64,000 bases of DNA from Cyanidioschyzon merolae (lineage: Eukaryota). The notes below the pieces were generated by a model. It did not search any database. It saw only the letters and a program-made list of their open reading frames with translations, and was not told the DNA's origin. Both the position numbers and the translations under genes were made by a program. The stretch lies in NCBI GenBank assembly GCA_000091205.1, contig AP006495.2; one strand, written 5' to 3'. This document shows positions 18,995 through 30,359 of the stretch, in pieces; position 1 is the first letter of the stretch; each line of letters starts with the position of its first letter.

Positions 18995-19918
18995 TCAAGA
19001 CAACACCTGCGCTGACACGCTCTCCATTTGTTGTATGGGGTCGATCTGCTGCACGCCTTGCTCGGTCGTTAGCTCGAATATCTTGTTGCGAGAAGCGTCG
19101 GGATGTAGTGCCGCGAGGACAGCCACCTGAGCGACCTGCAAGCGCGACACAGTCCCCCCGAAGATCGAATCCGCCGGGCGAATCTGCAAGGCATGCGTTT
19201 CACCCCAGTTGTCCGTTGCACGCTCCAGCCCGGCAGGTCGAATAATGGTGAACTGCCGGATACCACCGCTCTCGGTGCCTTCAGGAGAACGCTTTGCTGT
19301 CCGTCGGACCTGATCGATGAGGAAGAGCTCTGCACGCCGCTTCCAGAAAAGAATCCCATATGCCAAGTTCAAAAGAGCTGCAGGCCATCCAAAGCGACCC
19401 GTTCCGAGCGAGGTTACGAGGATGAAGTGGTTGATACCCCGTCCAGCGCTCGCCGCCCGCATGAGCTCCCTATTTCCCTTATAGTCAACTGTATACGGCT
19501 CCAGTGGCGTCAAACGACTCGGGCCGGCAACGTCTATGACAACATCGACGTCGTTCTGACGAAATACCTGTTCGGCTTGAACGGCAGCGGGCTCCGTAAT
19601 ATCGTGTGCCACGAACGCCAGGTCGCCTTGACGCTCGAGGCCTACCTCCCGCAAGTACGCCCGCACTGCGCTTTCCGCCCGTTCGGGATCTCGTCCAGCA
19701 ACCAGTACAGGCACTTGCTGTTCAACGAGGGTGCGGACGACGCGCCTCCCCAAGCGTCCACCGCCGCCGACCACGAGCGTGCGCTTCATCGTTAGCATCC
19801 AAACCGGATTCCCAGAAGCTCTAGGTCGTTCACGCTGTAAGCTCCGCTGTTTCGTTTCCTGCAGGTTCCAGTGGCGTACGCTCTGAGAAAAAGGTGCCAC
19901 GAAGCCCATCGCCGTCAC
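18995..19918 (-). CDS. NAD(P)-binding Rossmann-fold protein of the atypical SDR / NmrA-like family (plastid At2g37660-type), with a ~40-aa N-terminal presequence.
   Basis: 'KRTLVVGGGGRLGRRVVRTLVEQQVPVLVAGRD' (GxxGxxG dinucleotide fold). 'FILVTSLGTGRFGWPAALLNLAYGILFWKRRAE' matches the conserved motif of this family. Confidence 0.7.
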   Translation of the reverse strand: MTAMGFVAPFSQSVRHWNLQETKQRSLQRERPRASGNPVWMLTMKRTLVVGGGGRLGRRVVRTLVEQQVPVLVAGRDPERAESAVRAYLREVGLERQGDLAFVAHDITEPAAVQAEQVFRQNDVDVVIDVAGPSRLTPLEPYTVDYKGNRELMRAASAGRGINHFILVTSLGTGRFGWPAALLNLAYGILFWKRRAELFLIDQVRRTAKRSPEGTESGGIRQFTIIRPAGLERATDNWGETHALQIRPADSIFGGTVSRLQVAQVAVLAALHPDASRNKIFELTTEQGVQQIDPIQQMESVSAQVLS

Positions 19919-21543
19919 CTATCAGTGGTCCAAAAGTCTTGTGCCAGAATATTCACTTTCAGAGGCGGTGAACGGCGCGCTTCTACAATCTCCAGGCTAT
20001 CGATGTGTCGAAGCCCTGTTGGTATGAATGCGAACAGGTCCACGAACTCGGGCGTTCACCGCCATGCTTCGGTCTGTTTCCGACATCAAGAACACCAGCG
20101 TTTGTGTGCTTTATCGGAGACTGGTTCGTGTTCGTCTCCCTTATCAACGGTTTTTACGTGGGTCGGTATCTGATACGCCTGCACTTCAGCGGTCAGCAGT
20201 CGAGGGATGGTGATGGTAGCGTTCCAATCCCGATGACGCTATTTCCAGCTGTTCTCTATGCATTGATCGCATAGGCAAGACGTAGCGGTCAGCGTCTCGC
20301 TTGCCGTGTGCATGTTTTTCAGTGCAGTGCATCGTTGTGTGCCTCACTGCGTTGACACTTGGGTGCTGTCGGGTGTTCCCAGATATTCATTGTGTCGCCG
20401 GCCCCGCGTTGTGCCGCCTTCGCGCAAAACGATGACGCACGCTCGACTAGAACAAGTGATAACACCGATGATGACTCAAGTCTGAGTGCAAGACTGTATC
20501 CGTTGCCAGACGAAGAGTCGAGCGCCTCGGAGTATTCATCACGTGATCGGTATGACGCTGCTGTTGGCGAATGCCGTTTCACCAGTAAACGCAAAGCGCG
20601 AAGTATTTTTCCTTCGAACGCCGGCGATTATTTGCAGCACAAATGTAAGTCAATGACGAGCATGTGCTTGTGATCGTGGCGCCAAATGACGATGTCAAGT
20701 AGATTCACTCGTGCATCCAGCTGAGCTTTTCTGGGTGCACTCACGGTCTGCCTTGGAAAAGAGCACTCGAAGACCCGAAGGATGCAAGCGACGGATAAGC
20801 GTGTAGGCTTGTAGGGAGCTGTTGGACTCGTGATATCGGTTAGTTTACAATCCCGCTTTTCTGAGGTTGCTGCACCTCATCTGAATTCCACTGCCTTCTA
20901 GCGTTCCAGCGGCTGATCATCCAAGCGCCGACTCCGAACGTACGACCGAGCCTCCTAGATCCGCTTTTGCATCCGCACTCCCATATGGATTTGCGTGGAA
21001 TGTCGAGTCTGTATATCTAAAACACCATCCGCAGAAAAAAAGAGAAGAGTCGCCGGACACGAAGAAAGCAAGCAGCGCAGAGTTTTAGCTTCACCTGAAA
21101 TGGGTATCGTGTACCGACGCGAGAGCGGTGCGTCCCGGGTACATCGGCTCAGGGGTATCGCATGCGGCACCGAATGTGTCCAGTACAGCGTACACCGAAG
21201 CGGTGATCGTTTCGTAAACGGAGTTGCCAAGCTCGCCAATATCCATGCAAACCCGCTATAATGAAGCGCTCGCGATATGCATACCACCACCCGAGGCAAC
21301 CAACGATAATGTGGACGCGCGTAGCAGGCTATCGCAACCTGCCGCAGAGCGACAGGGCATCTCGCGTCCCTTACAGCTGCTCATCGTGCTTGCGTTGCAT
21401 CCTGAATCGTTCAGACCGGCAATAACATTGTGGTGGCAGCGTTCAGGCCAACGCGTCACTGCCCCCAGCGCCCTAGTCCACGGCATCCAGCGATTCGCAT
21501 GGTCGAATGATGCGAACATCGAGGCGATGGTTGCAGACGCGCT

Positions 21544-22875
21544 CTACCTCTTCAAAATAAAGGCGCGCAACGCAGGCAAAAACATGGTGACAAAATAATA
21601 CACGAGGGGCGCTGTAAATACAAAACTATCGGTTCGATCGAGAATTCCTCCGTGGCCGGGAAGCGCCCAGCGGAAACGTCCCCCAAACGCTGTTGCAGGC
21701 GAGTCCTTGAATCCTGCGTCACGCTTGAAGAGGGAGGCTGTCAAATCTCCCAGAAGGCCCACGACGCCAATCAGGATTCCGTAGAGGGTGCCGGTGAGCC
21801 ACCAGAGCGGCCATCTCATCAAGAAAGCTCCCAATATCGAAACGAGTGCAGAACAGAGGAAGCCTCCGATGGCGCCTTCGACGGTCTTCTTCGGCGAAAT
21901 GTCGCTGAGTTTGCGGCGCCCGAACGCGCGGCCAATAAACAGCGCACCGATATCACTACTTGCCACTGAGAGCCAGGTCCACCAGGTTAGGGCTGCGCCT
22001 ACGGTCCAGCCTTCCGGTGGTGGCAACCAGCCTGGCCACAGCACATCGGGGAGACGCGATACCACCGCTGGAAAGCGCGTCTGCTCAATGCCACCGAGAG
22101 CTCGCATGCGAACCCAGAAGGTCGGCAGGTATCCAGCGTAAAACATTCCCATGAACGTTGTGCTGATGTCGGCGATCGTAGCGAACTTCTCCCGGCGATG
22201 CAGCAGCATGTAGGTACAGATCAGCGTCGCTGAGACCGGGAACACGGCCTCTGATGCCTGCGGTGCTGCTGCGGCTACCCACAGCGCCAAAATAGACGCC
22301 GCTATCCCAGCGCGTTGTGCCGGTCGGATGCCCTTTGCCCGCACCATGTTATAATACTCAAGTTGACCGAGCACTGCGACAACTGTCAGACCGGCCGTAA
22401 ACACCCAGATACCCGCCAGAATCCAGGTCGTGGCAACCAAACCCATAACAATGCCGGACACCACTCGGACAGCCAGATCACGTGCCGGACGCGTGGTGGC
22501 CACCGCAGCTACCAAGGCTGCACTTCTCGCGTCCGCTGGGCGCTCGGAGGCAACCACTGCGCTCCCTACGCTTTGAGCGCCCGCACCTGCCGCTGCAGCT
22601 GGAGTCGAAGCGGTGTCCGCTCCATCGCTGCTGGCTGGTGTCGCATCCAAGCAGCGCAAACGCGGCACCGCGGAGCAGTCCGCTGACGTCGGTACCCCAG
22701 CAGTGAAGCGCCCTCGAGTCGGCAACGCAGTTCGAGGCAGCGAGACGCCAGCGTCAGAGCGCCTCGCGGTTCGCGGAGGTCGTCGGCACGGTGCTCGTCG
22801 GTGCTGTCGCACGCCTTCCAAGTGGGGTAGCGCTTGCCACCCGTGCACTGTAGACACCCACATATCCTTGGACAA
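21544..22875 (-). CDS. cdsA: Phosphatidate cytidylyltransferase (CDP-diacylglycerol synthase), prokaryotic CdsA type, with a ~130-aa N-terminal extension suggesting organellar targeting.
   Basis: CTP_transf_1 signature 'SDIGALFIGRAFGRRKLSDISPKKTVEGAIGGFLCSALVSILGAF'. Multiple TM helices. The N-terminal region is Ala/Arg/Ser-rich. Confidence 0.8.
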   Translation of the reverse strand: MSKDMWVSTVHGWQALPHLEGVRQHRRAPCRRPPRTARRSDAGVSLPRTALPTRGRFTAGVPTSADCSAVPRLRCLDATPASSDGADTASTPAAAAGAGAQSVGSAVVASERPADARSAALVAAVATTRPARDLAVRVVSGIVMGLVATTWILAGIWVFTAGLTVVAVLGQLEYYNMVRAKGIRPAQRAGIAASILALWVAAAAPQASEAVFPVSATLICTYMLLHRREKFATIADISTTFMGMFYAGYLPTFWVRMRALGGIEQTRFPAVVSRLPDVLWPGWLPPPEGWTVGAALTWWTWLSVASSDIGALFIGRAFGRRKLSDISPKKTVEGAIGGFLCSALVSILGAFLMRWPLWWLTGTLYGILIGVVGLLGDLTASLFKRDAGFKDSPATAFGGRFRWALPGHGGILDRTDSFVFTAPLVYYFVTMFLPALRAFILKR

Positions 22876-23490
22876 GGACGTCGACTAGCGACCGAGGCAC
22901 ACAGACTCCCGGTACAACGCTAGCTCCAGATAATGTATGCCAGATTGCCTTATTGTAATTGACGTCGTCGTCGGTAGCGTTGTGGCTGCTGAAGCCATTT
23001 CTTCGATGAGAAGACGTTTGTATGGATCATGGATTCTAGATTGTGGGGTGGATATTGAAATCAATGCCAGTGCTCAATATGATTCGCTCTTACGCCAAGT
23101 TTCATGGTCTGTTCTCGGATATACTGGTAATTTCGTATGTTCTATCGTGCGCTGAGTACCTGCATTGCTGCATCCGCAATAGAGCCAATGCTGCTAGTGC
23201 GGATGCTGAATGGAGACAGAACGGTTTTGCCATATCCATGGGGGTATCGGATCGAGGAATGCTTCATTGAATACGGAATCGGGATTCGTCAACATTCTGG
23301 AAGCCTGGGAGATGTGCAGTTAGACCTACTGCCTGCAGCAGCGCGAAGCGATATACTAGGAGTGATCAACGACCAGGGTGATGCCCAGTCGCAGCATACC
23401 CGCTCCTAGTCCCAGAATAAAGCGCATTGCGAACGAGTTGCTCAGATCTAACCAAAGTACCTGTCACTGGGGCGGACATGAAGCGCAAGC

Positions 23491-24221
23491 TTGGGAACCT
23501 GTCTTCTTAAACATATCAAGGATCCGTACAGGGAAAAGTTGCGAGAGGCCATTAGGAACCGTGTCGACTCGTACTCCAAGAGTATTCTCAAGGCGTCGTC
23601 AGGACGGATGCATTTGGCGAGGGAGATGTATCGCGATGTGGCGCACATGGAAACGGTCGAGATTCCGGGCGAGTTCGTCAACAAGACGTTTTTTCGATAC
23701 CTGAAGCATGGTACAGCGGGAAGCGCGGAGGGAAAATGAGCGGAATCACGCCCTCCACGAAAAATACCCTTTACAGCATCAACGGTACTCGATACAAGGG
23801 TGACTGGGATATCTACGCATACGGGGCGATGAAGTGCGTCACGAACCTGAAGAATCATTTGACAATGAACGTCGAACGTTTCATGATACGCGCCGTGTTT
23901 GCACTTTACCCGGGCCAGTCTCGCAAAGGGATACGGGCGATTCTCAACGGCATAAGGAACGATCGCAAGCATGAACATGAGATCGAATTCGTCGACGAGA
24001 AGGCGTCAAACCAGAGCACGAATGAGGTCTTTGTCATCCGTGCGGTTATACAAGAGCACCGTGCGGCGCTGGCGCTGGTGAATCCAGCAGAAAAGATATC
24101 ACAGTTGAAAAAAGATAAGGAAAGATCCTATCGCCTTGTCCTGCGCTATTTTCTGTTTCTGGACCGAGAGCTCGAACGCAAGGTGGAAATGAAGAGTGAG
24201 AGAGATGGAAGTCTATCCTAA
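23491..24221 (+). other. Two consecutive ORFs in different frames (82 aa + 161 aa) immediately upstream of repeat copy b. They are of unknown function and may be part of the same element or an unrelated decayed gene.
   Basis: ORF track only ('...LVLRYFLFLDRELERKVEMKSERDGSLS'). Similarity to the region upstream of copy c is weak and unconvincing. Confidence 0.2.
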
Positions 24222-24433
24222 TGGGTAAGCGCTTCAACGTCGTTCCAATGCGCAACATCAAGTCACATTTTGTGAGTATCGACTCTGGCGTCTTTTGCAG
24301 CATCATGAGCGAGATCAGTCCTGAGTTCGATGTTAGCAGAGAGGACTTCACTGGCGAAAACCATGAGACGCACTGAAAGAATATCTTCGATTTCAAAAGT
24401 CTCAAAGTCAGAAAGCGAAATGTATCCACGGGG

Positions 24434-25640
24434 ATGATCGAAACCGATGGAGTAGCTTTGTGTGTACACTATCGGCGGTTGAAGATAAATCGTCCAGTTC
24501 CGCCCTCGGCCGCGCCCGTCACGAAGGATGAAGAAATCAAAGAGGCGGATCCTGCGACGCAGGAGGTGCATGACAAGGGCCTCGTCGTTGACGCGGTGAA
24601 GCATGAAGATGAGAAGGAGGCGGATCCTGCGACACAGGAGGTGCATGACAAGGGCCTCGTCGTTGACGCGGCGAAGCATGAAGATGAGAAGGAGGCGGAT
24701 CCCGCGACACAGGAGGTGCATGACAAGGGCCTCGTCGTTGACGCGGCGAAGCATGAAGATGAGAAGGAGGCGGATCCCGCGACGCAGGAGGTGCATGACA
24801 AGGGCCTCGTCGTTGGCACGGACCCTGAGAATACGAATATCATGACCATCGCAGCACCGAAGCGTGCGGTAGATGGCATTGACGGCAACTTACGTGAGAG
24901 CGACTTGCGTCTGTTGAGGTTCTCAAGAACTAGATATTCTCGAGAATCCGGTATAATGACTGCGAGGAAGAAAATTGAGACACGGAATGCAGGAATGAAG
25001 GATCACCTGGAAGCTTTGAGCGCGCTGACGACCCGATGAGCGGACTTTCAAGCTTTTATGAAATTCATGCAAGTTCGCGTTGCTCATTGGGATGCGCTGT
25101 GGAAAGAGTACACCAAGCCCCGGTGGGCTCGATTGCGAATGAATCTACACTGTGGGAAGCGGCGCGCGTTCGCGAACTTTTTCAATCGGCTGAGCGCCCT
25201 GAAGGGGAATGAAAGTCAGAGGCTCATAGTAGCTTATTGGGCTGGGCGCTGGATGACCCAAAAAGGAACGACGCCAGCCCCGACGACAAGAACGTACAAG
25301 GAGTGCGCACACTGTTTCGTCACGATACCTGTAGATAAGTTCCGAACATGGTATACACGCCACGAGCTGGGGTGTACACTTCAGAGAGTCGAGAAAGAAA
25401 AGTGCCAGCGGAGCCCTGGTGATATACAAACGTACGGAGCGCTGACGGAAGAGCAAATGGAAAGAAGGGCGAAAGTTCGAGGATTGCTCGCATTAGAAAG
25501 TACAACTACGAATGGCGAGAAACGCGTAGCGTTTGTGCATTGAGACTTGAACGCCGCATGCAGTGGAAGGATATGTGCGGTGATGGAAAGAAGCTCCCAT
25601 AGTGGACAGGAGAGAACTTTGTGGGACAATCACTAAAAGT
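24434..25640 (+). pseudogene. Degenerate TnpB/Fanzor-like ORF, copy b. ORF 24434-25039 and ORF 25058-25543 are followed by an in-frame TGA at 25541-25543 inside the RuvC-III motif ('VH*DLNAACS').
   Basis: Same motifs as copy a: '[13 protein letters not shown]' at 24866-24904, 'TRTYKECAHCF', 'RVAFVH*DLNAA'. Confidence 0.5.
24516..24815 (+). repeat. 75-bp tandem repeat array, about 4 units. It is coding-frame compatible and forms the N-terminal part of ORF 24434-25039.
   Basis: Same unit as 1-220. The ORF shows '[19 protein letters not shown][A/V]KHEDE' four times. Confidence 0.9.
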
Positions 25641-25797
25641 TGAACTATATGAGAAAACCATGGAAGCAGGAGTAGATGGCCGCTCCAAAAAGACGTGACA
25701 GAGTTTGCACCTCAGTCAGAGACTTCTTGTCTAGAGCGTATTTCTCGCCACTACTGCGTACTGCTGCCGGCAGCAACGTTTTTCTTTTGAAAGACGT
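24816..25797 (+). mobile_element. Repeat-family copy b body and 3' tail.
   Basis: Homology to 220-1190; the conserved terminal block is 'ggcagcaacgtttttcttttgaaa' at ~25772-25795. Confidence 0.55.
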
Positions 25798-26028
25798 TCG
25801 GTGTTTAGAAATCGCCGGCGCTGGCTCATCGGCTCTCTCCTGTGTCGTCTATTGACGCAAAGATTTGTGTTTTTTGTGCTTCCTAGCTTCGACGCTGAAG
25901 CGTTTGCGGCGTGCTCAGTGAACTTTGTACTCTGTTCACTGATCGGTAATCCGGGACGCGTTATACGACGCGCGCACTTAGCATTTATTGGCTACTTTTC
26001 GAGCTCAATCTTCCAAGCCTAAGTTTCA

Positions 26029-28953
26029 ATGGCACCTGCTCGTGGAGATTCAGAGGCGGCTCCAAGCGCAGACGCACCGACAACGCCCGCTTGCTGGCCC
26101 AGTTCTCGTGTGCGTCAAACATTCATCGATTATTTCATCGACAGGGGACACACTTTCGTAGAGTCGTCACCAGTGGTGCCTTTCGACGACCCGACACTGC
26201 TCTTCACCAACGCTGGTATGAACCAGTTCAAGCCCCTGTTCCTGGGTCGGGTGGATCCGACCTCACCCCTATTCGGCCTGAAACGCGCGTGTAACACCCA
26301 AAAGTGCGTGCGTGCCGGTGGGAAGCACAACGACCTGGACGATGTCGGCCGGGACACCTATCATCACACCTTTTTCGAGATGCTCGGCAACTGGTCGTTC
26401 GGCGACTACTTCAACGCCGAGGCGATCAACTGGGCATGGGACCTACTGACCCGCGTCTACGGACTCGATCCGGACCAGCTCTACGCAACCTACTTTGGTG
26501 GAGACGCTGCGAACCAGTTGCCCGCCGACCTTGATACTCGTGACCAGTGGCTGCGCTACCTGCCACCAGAGCGAGTGCTTCCATTCGGAACCAAGGATAA
26601 TTTTTGGGAAATGGGCGAGACTGGACCCTGTGGTCCCTGTACGGAAATTCACTATGACCGCGTTCGGGGTCGACCCGCGCACCAAGCTGCTGCCCTAGTC
26701 AATGCCGGTCACGAGTCGCTGATCGAGATCTGGAACCTCGTGCTGATCCAGTTCAACCGGGAACCAGACGGACAGTTGCGTCGGTTGCCTGCGCGTCACG
26801 TCGACACCGGCATGGGACTGGAACGTCTCTGCGCAATTCTGCAGGGAAAATCCTCAAACTACGACACCGATATGTTTGCGCCTCTGTTTGCAGCGATTCA
26901 GCGAGAGTCTGGATCGAGTGAAGCGTACGCTGGTCGGCTGGGTGCCACCGACTCTGCACTCACCGACACTGCCTATCGAGTTGTTGCCGATCACATACGC
27001 ACCCTGACGTTTGGCATCGCCGATGGGGCGGTACCCTCGAACGAAGGTCGAGGCTACGTTCTGCGCCGTATCCTGCGCCGCGCTGTGCGCTACGGGCAGC
27101 AGTTTCTGAACGCACCCCGCGGTTTTCTACACCGGCTCGTTCCGGACGTCGCACGGCTCTATCAAACGACGTTCCCTGAGGTGGCTGCAAAGGCTGACTA
27201 CATCGCTGGTGTCATTCAAGAGGAGGAGATGGCATTCAGTATGACGTTGAAACGCGGGTTGGATCGTTTCCACGAGACTGCACGGGCGCTCGTCGCGGCG
27301 GGTGAGCGCGTCTTTCCTGGCAAAGAGGCCTTCTTTCTGTATGACTCGATGGGCTTTCCGCTGGATTTGACCCAAATTCTGGCGAGGGAACGGGGCCTTG
27401 AAGTTGACGTCGAGGCATACGAGTCCGAAATGGCTCGTCAACGCGCGCAGTCGAGTGCTGCTCATCGGAAACGGCTCGGAGCGGCAGAAGCGCTCGTGCT
27501 CGGACCAGAGCCGCTTGCTGTCCTCTCTGAGCAATGGAAGATTTCACCAACAGACGACTCGCACAAGTATCAGTGGTACGAACCGCTCGAATGTACCGTA
27601 TTGGCGATCTACGCTGGCTCCGAGGGATTTTTGCCGGCTGCAGAGACCGGTGACGACGCCTGTGTTGGCGTCATTCTGGATCGAACGCCCTTCTACGCAG
27701 AGGCTGGCGGCCAGGTCGCAGACACCGGCCGTCTGGATGAGCGGTTTCACGTAATCAACGTGCAATCTTTTGGCGGCTATGTCGTCCATATCGGCTACGG
27801 TCGCATCGCAGTCGGTGAGCGAGTGATCGCGCACGTGGACTACGAACGACGGGCGCTGGTGGCGCCGAACCACACCGCTACGCACATCCTGAACTGGGCA
27901 ATATGGCAAGTCCTTGGCCAGCAGTGTGACCAGAAAGGTTCGTTGGTTGATGAACAAAAGCTCCGTTTTGACTTTGCGTACGGCCGTGGGCTCACCGCTG
28001 CCGAGTTAGAGCGCATCGAGCAGTGCTGTCGTGAAGTGATCGCTCGCAATTTCGTGGTCTACACACAGCAGGTCTCTCTGACAACCGCGAAGCAGATACG
28101 ATCGTTGCGCGCGGTATTCGGTGAGACCTACCCCAGTGAGGTTCGTGTCGTATGCATCGGAGCACCGGTGGAGAAAGTGCTTGCGGCTCCTGTGCAATCC
28201 GACTGGGACCAGTATTCGATTGAGTTGTGCGGGGGCACCCATTTACAGCGCACCGGGGAAGCGCACGCCTTCTGTCTCGTGGAAGAGGGCGCGATTGCGA
28301 AAGGCATCCGACGCGTGGTGGCCCGTACCGGGGCCTCAGCGCTCGAGTGCATGGCACTCGCGCGAGGTCTTGCCAGTCGCCTTCCGCCGGTGCCTGTAGG
28401 GTCCGCGGCTGAGAATGGTGCAAGCGGCGCTTCTGTGGATGCTTCCATGCCGCCCGTTGATCTGCTGACGACCTTGGCCGAGTCGCTCAAGGCGATCACC
28501 ATATCGGCGTCGGAGAAGGAGCGCCTTCGACAACGTCTGGACTATTGGGAGCGGATGGCTCGGAAGCAAGCGAAGCAGGTAGCCGCGGCACGCGAGCAGG
28601 CTCTCGTGGATGAGCTCGTACGGCTCGTGAACAATCCGCAGCAGGACGCAGGTTCACCAGTACGGCAGGTTCCCGTTGTTGTGGCTGCGCTTCCTATTGA
28701 CGGTGATCGCCGGATCCTGCAGGGCATGCTTCAGAGCGCCCTCAAACGTCTAGGCAGCGGGGTATGGGCGCTTCTGATTGCATCGCCGGAGCGCAACGAC
28801 GAATGCCTTGTTGGATGTGTCGCCGCGTACGAGGCGCAGCGCGCTGGTCTTGACTGTAGCCGATGGTTGACCGAAACCCTGGCCCCTTGGCATGGACGCG
28901 GTGGTGGCAAACCGGACGCAGCACGCGGCTCCTGTCGATTGCTTTCACCAATC

Positions 28954-28994
<41 letters not shown>

Positions 28995-29214
28995 CGCTGA
29001 TAGGACAGCGTCGATTCGAGAGGGGGATCCTGAACGAAACATCTATTATCTGGACAAAGCACTCATAGCTTTACATGATAGTATATTAACAGACAAAAAG
29101 GAAATTGCAGGGCTTCGACCGCTGCTGGAGCGAGCGGCACGCCTAGCGAATGCCGCGCTAGCGTCTTCCTTCGTTTCGACATCGACGTCGACGAGATCGG
29201 GGTCTGCTGCATAG
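26029..29214 (+). CDS. alaS: Alanyl-tRNA synthetase (class II), 1061 aa, with a polyglutamine insertion near the C-terminus.
   Basis: N-terminus 'SSRVRQTFIDYFIDRGHTFVESSPVVP'. Motifs 'FTNAGMNQFKP', 'NDLDDVGRDTYHHTFFEML'. Editing-domain 'HTATHILNWAI'. Q12 is encoded by (CAG)12 at 28957-28992. Confidence 0.95.
28957..28992 (+). repeat. (CAG)12 coding microsatellite producing Q12 inside alanyl-tRNA synthetase.
   Basis: Read directly from the sequence; the ORF shows 'EQQQQQQQQQQQQD'. Confidence 0.95.
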
Positions 29215-29366
29215 CCGTAAGTGTCGGCACTGGCACAGAGACCGAGTCCGCCTGCCTGCCTGCCTGCCTGCTGGTGCGTGCGCGTAAAAGAGGTTCGTTG
29301 GCTAATAGTCTGTGCTTGTTCGTGCGTGTGCATGCACTTGCACATGCACACACACGCAAACCAGTG

Positions 29367-30173
29367 CACATGACACTGGTACGCAGGGCCTGGGTCCCGC
29401 CACCTCTCAAGCCCGCTGGGGCGCTGCAAAGCCTGTGGCAGGACCTGGAACCCGGTGTGGTCCACCTCTGGCGTTTATGTTGGTCTCGGGTCGATTTGCC
29501 TCTTGACTGGCTAAGCGAGGACGAGCGGGCGTACGCACAACAGTCGCAGTCAGCGCGTCGGCGGCGGGAGTTTTGTACCTGTCGAGCGGCCTGGCGGGCG
29601 GTGCTCGCGCGCTACTACCAGCCGCAGGCGTGCGTACCGCAATCTGTGGCCCTCGCACGCACGGCTACAGGCAAACCCTTCCTCCAGAACGGGTATGTGC
29701 GCTTTAACACGTCCCACACCCGGGACTGGGCCGTGCTGGCGGTCACCGGGCCGACCTCAGCCATCGGTTGCGACGTTGAGCACCTGGACCGTCGAATCCG
29801 CGACCCGCTTGGGCTGGCGCGGCGGCTCGGACTTGACACCTTCCAAGCACCAGCACCAGACACGCTCGCAACGCTCTCACAGCAACTGCTCTTGACCTGG
29901 AGCGAGCGCGAAGCTGTCGCCAAGGCGCTGGACGTGAGCCTCGCTCGGATTCCTGCGACGCCCCAGTGCTCCGTGGTCAGGGTGCCGGTGCTGACGGGCC
30001 AGGTGCTTGCATCGATTGCAGTTGCTCCAGCACAACCCGTGAAGCGCATCGAAGCCTTCGCGCTGGACACGCTCACACCAGCGGCGTGGCGCACCCTGGC
30101 CCATGCACAGCCATCAGGCGCCATGGAGAATGCAACAGCAAGCGAGCAGCAAGCGACCTCACCGCCTCCATAA
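29367..30173 (+). CDS. 4'-phosphopantetheinyl transferase, Sfp/Lys5/AASDHPPT type. The ORF opens at 29274; Met at 29367 is the likely start.
   Basis: Ordered PPTase motifs 'GKPFL', 'FNTSHT', 'IGCDVEHL', 'WSEREAVAKAL'. Confidence 0.7.
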   Translation, partial: HMTLVRRAWVPPPLKPAGALQSLWQDLEPGVVHLWRLCWSRVDLPLDWLSEDERAYAQQSQSARRRREFCTCRAAWRAVLARYYQPQACVPQSVALARTATGKPFLQNGYVRFNTSHTRDWAVLAVTGPTSAIGCDVEHLDRRIRDPLGLARRLGLDTFQAPAPDTLATLSQQLLLTWSEREAVAKALDVSLARIPATPQCSVVRVPVLTGQVLASIAVAPAQPVKRIEAFALDTLTPAAWRTLAHAQPSGAMENATASEQQATSPPP

Positions 30174-30359
30174 CCAAGCGTCAGAAGAAGCAGTTCTAGA
30201 GGCTCTAGCGCCGCTGACGCGACGCGAGTTCACATCCGCGTCGTCGGCTGCACACGCTTGTCATCGTCCACGCGCATCCGTACCTGATCACGTAAACTGC
30301 ACACGAGCGCCGCAACGTCACTTGTGTATCACAAGTTTGTAGCATAGGTTACAATGCGT

